Assembly: GCF_009914755.1 (NCBI RefSeq)
Contig: NC_060942.1
DNA from: the human T2T-CHM13v2.0 reference genome, Homo sapiens
Strand: one strand, 5' to 3'
DNA length: 64,000 bases
The position numbers and the translations under genes are program-made. The notes beneath the pieces are model-generated. The model made no database searches and was not told where the DNA came from. It worked only from the letters and a program-made list of their open reading frames with translations. Shown one piece after another: positions 12,288-23,610 of this stretch (the first letter of the stretch is position 1; each line of letters begins with the position of its first letter).

Positions 12288-14680
12288 TGTCTTGACAATT
12301 CAGGCTGCAATAACAAAATACCGTTGACTGGGTGGCTTAAGCAACAGATTTTATTTCTTACAGTCTAGGGACAAGGACATCCAAGACCAAAGTGCCAGTA
12401 GATTCAATTCCTGGTGAGAAACGTCTTCCTGGCTTAGAGGCAGCAGCCTTCTCCTTGTGTCCTTACAAGTGAGAGGGCAAGGGAGAGAGAGAGAGCAGCT
12501 AGCTGGGGAAGAGAGAAAGAGAATGAGCTCTGCTCTTTCTTCCTCTTCTTGTAATGACACTGATGTTATTATAGGGCCCCACCCAGATTACCTCATTTAA
12601 GGTTGGGGCATTAACATTTTTAAATTTGATTCAAATTTAATTCAAATTCATGGGGTACACGTGCAGGTTTGTTACAAGAGTATATTTTGTGATGCTGATA
12701 TTAGAGCTTCTATTGATCGCGTTACCCATATGGTGAACATAGTACCCAACAGGAAGTTTTCAGGCCTTGCCTCTTTCTCCCCTCCCTCTCTTTGGATTCT
12801 CTAGTGTCTGTTGTTCCTGTCTTTATGTCTGTGTGCACCCAAGATTTAGTTCCCACTTATCAGTGAGAATATGCAATATTTGTCTTTCAGTTTCTGCATG
12901 CATTCACTAAGGACAGTGATTTCCAGCTGCATGTGTGTTGCTGCAAAGGGCATGATTTTGTTCTTTTTAATGGTTGCATAGTATTCCATGGTGTATGTGT
13001 ACCACATTTTCTTTATCCAATCCACCATTAGTGGTCACCTAGGTTGATTTCATATCTTTGCTATTGTGAATAGTACTGCAATGAACATACAAGTGCATGT
13101 GTCTTTCGTTAGAAGGATTTATTTTCATTTTGGTATATACCAAATATATTAGGTATATATTGCTGGTTGGATGGTAGTTCTATTTTTAGTTCTTTGAGAA
13201 ATCTCCAAACTGGTTTCCACAATAGCTGAATTAATTTCAATTTCCACCAACAGTGTATAAATGTTTCCTTTTCTCTGCAGTCTGGACAGCATCTATTATT
13301 ATTTGACTTTTTATTAATAGTCATCCTGAGTGGTATGAGATGGTATCTTATTATGGTTTTGAATGCATTTCTCTGATGATTAATGAGTGAGCATTTTTTT
13401 CATGTATTTACTGGTCACTTGTATGTCTTCTTTTGAGAAGTGTATGTTCATATCTTTTGACTACTCTTTAATGCAATTATTTGTTTTTTGCTTGTTGATT
13501 TAAGTTCCTTATAGATTCTAGATATTAATTATTTGTGAAATGCATAGTTTGCAAAATTTTTCTCCCATTCTTTAAGTTGTCTGTCTACTCTGTTGATAGT
13601 TTATCTTCCTGTGCAGAAGCTCTTTAGTTTAATTAGGTCCTACTTGTCAATTTTAGCTTTTGTCACAGCTGCTTTTAACGACTTAATCATAAATTCATTG
13701 CTATAGCTGATGTCCAGAAGGGTATTTCTTAGGTTTTCTTTGAGTAGTTTTTGTAGTTTGAGATCTTACATTTAAGTCTTTAATACATCTTAGTTGATTT
13801 TTGTATATGCTGATTTGTAGGGGCCCAGTTTCATTCTCCCCCACATATCCAAAGCATTCAGGCAAGTGAAAGAAATACAAGGCATCCAAATAGGAGAAGA
13901 GGAAGTAAAATTATCCCTTGTTGCTTACTATATGAATCTATACCTAGAAAACCCTAAAGATTGCCAAAAGTCTTCTAGATCTGATAAACAACTTCAATAA
14001 AATTTCAGGATGCAAAATCGATGTACAAAAATCAGTAGCATTTCTATACACCAATATCATTCAAGCTGAGAGCCAAATCAAGAATGCAATCACATTTATA
14101 ACAGCCACAAAAAATAAAATACCTAGGAATATGTTACCATGGAGGTGAAAGGTGTCTGCAAAAACAACTACAAAACACTGTTGAAGGAAATTATAGATGA
14201 CACAAACAAACAAAAAAAAAAGTATTCCATGCTCATGGATTGGAAGAATCACTATCACTAAAATGTCCATACTGCTCAAAGCAATCTACAGATTCAACAT
14301 TATTCTTATCAAATTACCAACATCAGTTTTCATAGATGTAGAAAAAATTAAACTGTTTTCAAATTCATATGGAACCAAAAAAAAAAAAAAAAAAAAAAAG
14401 AGCCCAAAAAGCCAAAGCAGTCCTAAGTAAAAAGAACAGACCCTGAGGCATCACATTACTGGACTTCAAATTATACTCTAATGCAACAGTGAGAAAAACT
14501 GCATGGTACTGGTACAAAAAACAGATATATACATCCATGGAACATAATAGAAAACCCAGGTATAAAGCTGCATATCTACAATCAATTGATTATTGACAAA
14601 GTCCACAAAAATAAGCAATGAGGAAAAGACTCCCTATTCCACATACATTTTTGAGGTACACAAACATTCAGTATAGAACA
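12288..14680 (-). mobile_element. MLT1A-type MaLR LTR split by an L1 (pieces ~12288-12616 and ~14641-14680)
   Basis: tgtcttg...caggctgcaataacaaaataccgttgactgggtggcttaa start. The terminal motif gtacacaaacattcagtatagaaca appears only after the L1. Confidence 0.75.
12617..14639 (-). mobile_element. L1PA15/16-like L1 with 5' inversion (12617-~13848 minus, ~13849-14639 plus)
   Basis: 3' UTR on minus (ggggtacacgtgcaggtttgttac...). ORF2 peptides on minus (WIKKMWYTYTMEYY) and on plus ([25 protein letters not shown]). The two pieces are nearly adjacent in L1 coordinates. Confidence 0.88.
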
Positions 14681-14739
14681 GCGTACATCAGATGGTCATT
14701 TTAGCTGCGGGACAAATTTCATAATGCTTATTCTGGATG

Positions 14740-14930
14740 TGGGCAGGAATTGACTACAAAGTTTCGTATGGAAACTATTTGGAGTGACGGACACGCTCTA
14801 CAACTTGATTCCAGTGGTAGATGCAAGACTCTATATGTTACCAAAACTCATTAGACTACACATATAAAATGGGAAACCCTAATGATATTTAAATCATTCT
14901 TCAGTAAAGCTGTTTTTTATTTTAAAAAAA
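14740..14930 (+). mobile_element. L1ME/L1MB 3'-end fragment
   Basis: tggagtgacggacacgctctacaacttgattccagtggtag...aaaactcattagactacac...cttcagtaaagctgtt resembles old L1 3' UTR. Confidence 0.6.
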
Positions 14931-16244
14931 GAGAAGAAAACTATGGACGTATAGTATTTTGAATTCAGGAAAATGTGTCTTTTATAAAATATCACATAAT
15001 CCTATAAAAATGATGAATGACTATGAATATAATGATAGCTAAGTTGTTTTGATTTAGCCTTGTAAAACACCTTTTTAAAATTATTTTAGTTCAGTATAGT
15101 CATTTTAGAAAAAAACCCTATATACTACACTATTTGCTTTCTGTGGCATTTTAATATGTTACACTTGTGAACTACAGTAAATATTAATGTATTATAGCTT
15201 AAGGATTTCATCAATTTTGTGATATTGGAACTGCTTTCTATGCAAGTTCTATTGTCAAAGATAATAAAGACATATTCAGGATTCCTACATGTAATTGATT
15301 AAGAATTCTTCTAAGAACTAGAATTGTTCAATGCCCAGAGAATTGCTGATGTTCCCTCATAGAAGGCTACAGTTAAGAACTCAAACTATTGTGTAAAAAA
15401 TGCATTAAAAATAACCATTCCTTGAAAAATATTGTCAATTAGTTGACTTTATTTTATAAAACACTCCACCCAACAAATGCAGAATATATACTTTTTTTAC
15501 AGGCATGTAGACTAAGATAGATCATATTATGGATAAATCACAGTAATTTTAAAAGAAAACAAAGAAAAGAGTCCGCAAGATTCAAGATGGGGAAACTAAC
15601 TATTACAATAAATCTGAGTGGTGATTTACTACTCAATAGCATAGTTTCCATCCTGGAATCCCATACTCACTCCAAATATCAATCAATCATGAGAATAAAC
15701 TAAATACATTTTTAAATAAACGACATCTAAAAGACTACCTTGTTATGCTGTTTCTAAGAATGACAGTGAGGAAGTGATACACATAAAGAAAAGAGTAATT
15801 GAGAAAAAAATGAAACGAGAGAAGAAAGAAAACAAAAAAAATTCAATGCTCAAGATGAAATAAATGTATAAGATGATGGATTAGTGCAATTCTGGGATAA
15901 CGGCTATATTGCTGACTTGACAGAGCCAGGAGGTCAGATAGGAGCATGAAGATGGTGAGCTCTTCAAAGAATATCACTGAAAATAGACAAAATTAATAAT
16001 TATGAGGGATTTTTAATGTACTGACTGTATTTTCGTCAATGCATTGGGAACCATTTAATGGTAAGTACATAGAAATATGGACAAACCAAGAAAAGAGTCA
16101 ACTGTTAACACCAGGTAGAAAAAAAAAGTTATATGAAGAGAGATAAAAATGCAGATTACTATATGTCACAAATTTAAAATATGTTTACATAGTCAAAATA
16201 GTATAAAATTATAACACAACCATTATGGAAAACCTGAAGAATAT

Positions 16245-18444
16245 TGTATTAGTCCATTTTCATGCTGCCAATAAACATATATCCGAGACTGGGCAATTTA
16301 CAAATAAAAGAGGTTTAATGGATAACTCACAATTCCACCTGCCTGAGGAAGCACCACAATCATGGTGGAAGGCAAGGAGAAGCAAGTCACATCTTATGTG
16401 GATGGTGGCAGGCAAAGAGAGAGAGTTTGTTCTGGGAAACTCCACCTTATAAAGCCATCAGATTTTGTGAGACTTACACACTATCATGAGAACAGCATGG
16501 GAAAGACCTGCCCCCATGATTCAGTTACCTCCCACTGTGTCCCTACCACAACAGGTGAGAATTCAAGATGAGATTTGGGTGGGGACACAGCCATACCATA
16601 TCATTCAGCCCCTGGTCCTTCCCAAATCTCATGTCCTCATCTTTCAAAACCAATCATGCCTTCCCAACAGTCCCCTAAAGTGTTAACTCATTTCAGCATT
16701 AACTAAAAAGTCCACAGTCCAAGATAAAGCAAGTCCCTTTCACTTATGAGCTTGTAAAATCAAAAGCAAGTTAGTTACTTCCTAGATACAATGGCGGTAC
16801 AGGCATTGGGTACATACACCCATTCCAAATGGGAGACACTGGCCAAAACAAAGGGACTACAGGCCAAATGCAAGTCCGAAATCCAGCAGGGCAGTCAAAT
16901 CTCAAAGTTCCAAAATGATGGCTTTTGACTCCATGTCTCACATCCAGGTCATGCTGATGCAAGAGCTGGGTTCCCATGGTCTTGGGCAGCTCCACCCCTG
17001 TGGCTTTGCAGAGCATAGCCCCCCTCCTGGCTGGAGGATGGTGGCCCTCTTCTCACACATCTGCTAGGCAGTGCTCTAGTAGGGACTCTGTGTGGGGGCT
17101 CCAATCCCACATTTCCCTTTTGCACTGCCCTAGCCAAAGTTCTCCATGACGGCCCCACCCCTGCAGCACACCTCTGCCTGGGCATCCAGATGTTTCCATA
17201 CATCCTCTGAAATCTAGGCAGAGGTTCCCAAAACTCAATTATTGACTACTATGAACTCGCAGGCTTACCACCACATGGAAGCTGCCAAGGCTTGGGGCTT
17301 GCACCCTCTGAAACCATGGCCCAAGCTCTATGTTTTCCCCTTTCAGCCATGGTGGAGCAGCTGAGACATGGTACAAAATCCCTAGGCTGCACACAGCATG
17401 GGGACTCTGGACCCAACCCATGAAATCATGTTTTCCTCCTAGGCCTATGGGCCTGTGATGGAGGGGCTGCCATGAAGACCTCTGACATGCCCTGGAGACC
17501 TTTTCTCCATTGTCTGGGGGATTAACTTTTGATTCCTCGTTATTTATGCTAATTTCCATAACCCAGTTGAATTTCTCTTCAGAAAATGGGATTTTCTTTT
17601 CTATCACATTGTCAGGCTTCAAATTTTCCAAACTTTACTGAACTGCTTCCTTTGTAAAACTGAATGCCTTTAACAGCACCCAAGTCACCTCTTGAATCCT
17701 TTGCTGCTTAGAAATTTCTTCTGCCAGATACCTTAAATCATCTCCCACAAGTTCAGTTTTACAAATCTCTAGGGCAGGAGTGAAATGCCACCAGTCTCTT
17801 TGCTAAAAACATAACAAGGGTCACCTTTGCTCTAGTTCCCATCAGGTTCCTCATCTCCATCTGAGACCACCTCAGCCTGAACCTTATTGTTCATATCACT
17901 ATTAGCATTTTTGTCAAAGTCTTTCAGTAAGTCTTGAGGAAGTTCCAAACTCTGCCACATTTTCCTGTCTTCTTCTGAACCCTCCAAACTGTTCCAACCT
18001 CTGCCTGTTACCAAGTTCCAAAGTCACTTCCACATTTTCAAGTATCTTTTCATCAGTTCCCCACTCTACTGATAACAATTTACTGTATTAGTCCATTTTC
18101 ACAACCCTGATAAAGACATACCTGAGACTGGGTAATTTACAAAAGTAAGAGGTTTAATGGAGAACTCACAATTCCATGTGGCTGGGGAAGCCTCACAATC
18201 ATGGGTAGAAGGCAAGGAGGAGCAAGTCACATCTTATGTGACTGGCGGCAGCAAAGAGAGAGAGAGTTTGTGCAGGGAAACTTTGTCCTATAAAGCCATC
18301 AAATTTTGTGAGACTTATTAACTATTATAAGAACAGCACGGGAAAGACCTGCCCCCATGAGTCAACTACCTCCCACTGGGTACCTCCCACAGCACATGGG
18401 ACTTCGAGATGAGATTTGGGTGGGGACACAGCCAAACAATATCA
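16245..18444 (-). mobile_element. Complete THE1B MaLR element (LTR 16245-16603, internal 16604-18083, LTR 18084-18444)
   Basis: Two direct ~360-bp LTRs (tgtattagtccattttca...atatca) flank a THE1 internal sequence. 5-bp TSD aatat/gatat. Confidence 0.93.
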
Positions 18445-20351
18445 GATATTTTTTGCACATATTTGTATGTGCATGTGGGTGTGTGTATATGTGTTTGTTT
18501 TTGTATTGTAGGTAAGCTAAGTCATCATGTTCCATAGTAGAAATTCAATAAATGGTATCTTAATAACATACAGCTAACTAGGCATAGTGTTTATAATGGC
18601 AAATATCAGAAGAAATTAACAACAAAAAATAATTATTTCCACCAAGTAGTACTTGAGGACAGAAAGAGGTAGGGCAAGGTTTATTTTAAGGCTGAAGGAT
18701 TTTTTGATGTTTTTATCTTGTACCTGTATTACCATGATCAAAACAAATTTTAAAAACTAAAGTTTATTAAAGATATACAATGCCAAATAATCTTTAAAAT
18801 ATGGATAAATGCTCTAAATTGAGATGGCTGATGAGGTCAATGACAATATCCTATGAATATTTTGCTTAGAAATTTTTTTTGAAATAATCTAAAAAAATGT
18901 GGTTTTGTCTTAGAATATTTTACATTTTTAAAATCTCCATACTTTCTGATTTTTAATGCCCTGTTTTCTTTAGCCTTCTAAGGGAAATATATATATTTTT
19001 TGTTGGATCAATCTTGAATTTTCCCTTTAAATCCATAATTTGGTGATAAGCAAGTAAGAACAATATTGAAGACAGCGAAGTAAACAAACTTTTTAATCAT
19101 AAAATATATTAACACTGGAGAGAAAGTAGGAGGAAAGAGAACAATCTTTCTGAATGAATTTTTGAAAATATGAAGGAAAAGTTTAGAACGATTTTTGGGA
19201 GTGAAAGAATACACACATACACACATACAGATGGTGTGAAGACAGAGTGGGGGCAAAAGGGGAGAACTACCCATTTGATTATTATGAAATTCTATTCTGT
19301 TGTCATTCTTTAAAAGACTTCATGAAAGATTTAAGTCTCTCTCTTTAATTATATGAGTAGTAAGACTAATGAATCTTTGATTATAACTTTGTACCTAGAT
19401 TAGCCCTCACTGTTTCTAAGCGTTTCATTTAACATTTATTTTGTGAGTTCTTACCTCCAAGTTTGGACCTATAGTCAAAACTTCAAATGCAACTAAAATT
19501 AAATTTAGCAGATAAATCCTGAGTCAAGAACATAATGTTACTGTGACCATCTAGCTATAAGCTATGTTATCAAGAATTTTATGTTGTTCAAGTATAATAT
19601 ATGAGTGTTTTTAGACTAATTCAGCAAAATAGAGGAAAATAGAAGATAAAAATTATATTTTTTGAAACAATCTTGTTTTGATTAAAAAACACTATAGATA
19701 ATTAAAATATGCTTTATGTGAGTTTATGAAATGGAAGATACTGAAAAAACACATAAAATTGTAATCTAGACATTAGTCTTTAACTGAAATGTGCAAAAAA
19801 TACCAATTTCTTAATGCATTAGAACCCTTTTGGGACAGATGGAGAAAATAAACACTTAAACTAGTTCAAAGTTATTTTCTTACTATATTGAAACATATCA
19901 GATTCCTTAAGGACTTAGTTGATGCTAGGGGACTTGCCATCAAACTCACTTTGAAATTATTGTTTTAGCTCACCGCAACAAATATCTATAAGTTCTGCTA
20001 CAGGCTTAATATATTAAAACCCTATATCTTATTTGAATCACAATCCACAAACTAGTCCACAAAACTACGCTTCTCTATCTCAGAACTATACCATCTTAGA
20101 AAATGTGGTCTCCAACTCTGCAACAACAGACAAAGAAAGGGCAGTAGGATCTTGTAAAATATTTTTTTTAAGTAGACCTGGAAATGTTTTAAATCACATT
20201 TGCTCTAATCCATTGGTTTGGCAAAGTCATACAGCCTCAACTTAGCTAAAAGGTAGATGTGTCTTTGAAGAGTGGAGTAAGATGGAAAACACAGCCTGGG
20301 TAAGTATATGAAGAGGGAAAATAAGGTTGTCATAAAAGGGATGACTAATGA

Positions 20352-21846
20352 CCAGTGATGATGAGCTTTTTTTCATGTTTGTTGGCCACATAAATGTCTT
20401 CTTTTGAGAAGTGTCTGTTCATGTCCTTCACCCACTTTTTGATGGGGTTGTCTGTTTTTTTCTTGTAAATTTAAGTTCCTTGTAAATTCTGCATATTAGA
20501 CCTTTGTCAGATGGATAGATTGCAAAAATTTTCTCACATTCTGTAGATTACCTGATCACTCTGATGATAGTTTCTTTTGCTGTGCAGAAGCTCTTTAATT
20601 TAAATAGCTCCTATTTGTCAATTTTGGCTTTTTGTTGCAATTGCTATTGGTGTTTTAGTCACAGAGTCTTTCCCCATGCTATGTCCTGAGTGGTATTGCC
20701 TAGGTTTTCTTCTAGGGTTTTTATGGTCTTAGGTTTTATGTTTAAGTCTTTAATCCATCTTGAGTTAATTTTTTTATAAGATGTAAGGAAGAGGTCCAGT
20801 TTCTGTTTTCTGCATATAGCTAGCCAGTTTTCCCAGCACCATTTATTAAATAGGGAATCCTTTCTCCATTGCTTGTTTTTGTCAGGTTTGTCAAAGATCA
20901 GATGATTGTAGATATTTGGTGTTATTTCTGAGGCCTCTGTTCTGTGACATTCGTTTCTATATCTGTTTTGGTACCCGTACCATGCTGTTTTGGTTACTGT
21001 AGGCTGGTAGTACAGTTTGAAGTCAGGTAGCATGATCCCTCCAGGTTTGTTCTTTTTGCTTAGGATTATCTTCACTATATTGGTGCTTTTTTCATTCCAT
21101 ATGAAATTTAAAGTAGTTTTTTGATACCATCTCACACCAGTTAGAATGGCGATCATTACAAAGTCAAGAAACAACATGCTGGTTAGGATGCGGAGAAATA
21201 GGAATGCTTTTACACTGTTGGTGGGAGTGTAAAGTAGTTCAACTATTCTGGAAGACAGTGTGGTGGTTCCTCAAGGATCTAGAACCAGAAATACCTTTTG
21301 ACCAAGCAAGCCCATTGCTGATTATATACCCAAAGGATTGTAAATCATTCTACTATAAAGACACATGCACACATGTGTTTATTGCAGCACTATTTACAAT
21401 AGCAAAGACTTAGAACCAACCCAAATGCCCATCAGTGACAGACTGGATAAAGAAAATGTGGTGCATATACACCATGGAATACTATGCAGCCATAAAAAAG
21501 AATGAGTTTCTGTCCTTTGCAGGGACATGGATGAATCTGGAAACCATCATCCTCAGCAAACTAACACAGAAACAGACAACCAAATACCACATGTTCTCAC
21601 TCATAAGTGGGAGTTGAAAAATGAGAACACATGGACACAGAGAGGGGAACATGACACATCAGGGCCTGTCAGGGGGTGGGGGGAAAGAGGAGGGAGAGCA
21701 TTAGGACAAATAGCTATTGCATGCAGGGCTTAAAACCTAGATGATGTGTTGATAGGTGCAGCAAACCGCCATGGCACATGTATACCAATGTAACAAACCT
21801 GCAGGTTCTACACATGTATCCCAGAACATAAAGTAAAATAAAATAC
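20352..21846 (+). mobile_element. L1PA7/L1PA8 with 5' inversion (20352-21122 minus, 21123-21846 plus)
   Basis: ORF2 peptide on minus (LPDFKLYY...TVTKTAWY...[10 protein letters not shown]). ORF2 C-terminus and 3' UTR on plus (ggagggagagcattaggacaaata...cttaaaacctagatg). TSD aaaggg(a)tgactaatga at 20335-20351 and 21847-21862. Confidence 0.92.
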
Positions 21847-22054
21847 AAAGGGTGACTAATGATAGAGAAGAGGAACACCAGTGGCTAAGCCTTAGTGTAT
21901 TTCATTAAGGATTTATATAGCAAAAGTGTAACCTAAAAGAGAGATTGAGAAATTGTAGCTCAGGGAAGTAGGAGAAAACAAAGTTTTTTGTTCAGAAAGT
22001 CAAGCAAATGCAGTGTTTTTGGAAGGAGGGAATGATCAATTGTGTCAAATTTTA

Positions 22055-22504
<450 letters not shown>

Positions 22505-23065
22505 GAAAGAATAAGCAGAGAAGCTCTGGATATGGTTCACATAGTTCTTTAAAGGAGTTTTACTAACAAGCGATAGAGAAAAATGAGAAAATGGCTGGAA
22601 AGAGAGGAAGAGCTGAAAGAGAGTTGTTTTTTATGAAAGAGATGACAAATTGTATACATGCATATGAGAATGATAAATAGAGAACATAAACGTCAGGGTG
22701 TAGGACAGAGTGTGGTAAATTACTGGGTGATTACTGAGTTAGCAAGAAAAAGCATCTAGTTCATGAATAGAAATTTGACCTTAGGAAGATGGGCACTTCA
22801 TTCATAATAACAGGAGTGAAGGTGAAGCAGAGCATATGAGTACGGCTGCTAGTGGGCATGTGGCAGGAGGTTATAGAAGTTCTCTTCTGATTATCTCATT
22901 TCTAAAAAAAAGTAGCAAATACTCCATCACATAAATATAAGACTAATAGAGTTGGTAGGTATTGAAGGAGTGAAAAAAGCATAACAGGCTTATCTAGGAG
23001 AGTGGGAGAATGAATAGACTAGGACACATGGTCTAATTCTTGGTCATCATTAAGATTCAGGCTCA

Positions 23066-23423
23066 CATACTATGCAGCCATAAAAAATGATGAGTTCATG
23101 TCCTTTGTAGGGACATGGATGACGCTGGAAACCATCATTCTCAACAAACTATCGCAAGGACAAAAAACCAAACACCGCATGTTCTCACTTATAGGTGGGA
23201 ATTGAACAATGAGAACACATGGACACAGGAAGGGGAACATCACACACCGGGGACTGTTGTGGGGTGGGGGGAGGGGGGAAAGATAGCATTAGGAGATATA
23301 CCTAATGTAAATGATGAGTTAATGGGTGCAGCACACCAACATGGCACATGTATGCATATGTAACAAACCTGCACGTTGTGCACATGTACCCTAAAACTTA
23401 AAGTATAATAATAATAAAAAAAA
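23066..23423 (+). mobile_element. 5'-truncated young L1 (L1PA3/L1PA4-like 3' end)
   Basis: aaactatcgcaaggacaaaaaaccaaacaccgcatg...ccctaaaacttaaagtataataataataaaa. Perfect 14-bp TSD aagattcaggctca at 23052-23065 and 23424-23437. Confidence 0.93.
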
Positions 23424-23610
23424 AAGATTCAGGCTCATGATTTTAAATGAGAATAGTCAAAATGGATTTGCGTTTTTCTCTAGCCGTGTGCAGCTGTACA
23501 GGTGCTAGTGTATAAAAACAGGAAAGGTAAAAAATGCTGCAGTTATGGAATTGCCTTTTACAGCTGTTTAATAAAGCCAATGAGGAACAAGTGAGGGAGA
23601 CAGGCATCTA

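Noticed and set aside
15440-16240. Possible HAL1/L1M fragments, and faint MIRs at ~1120-1230, ~5930-6075 and ~10190-10350
   Set aside because: Too diverged to give a family or boundaries by eye.
16225-18014. Cluster of ORFs resembling an operon
   Set aside because: Decayed THE1 LTR and internal-ORF fragments.
20659-21177. Longest ORF (172 aa) as a gene
   Set aside because: It is an L1 ORF2 fragment made chimeric by the inversion junction.
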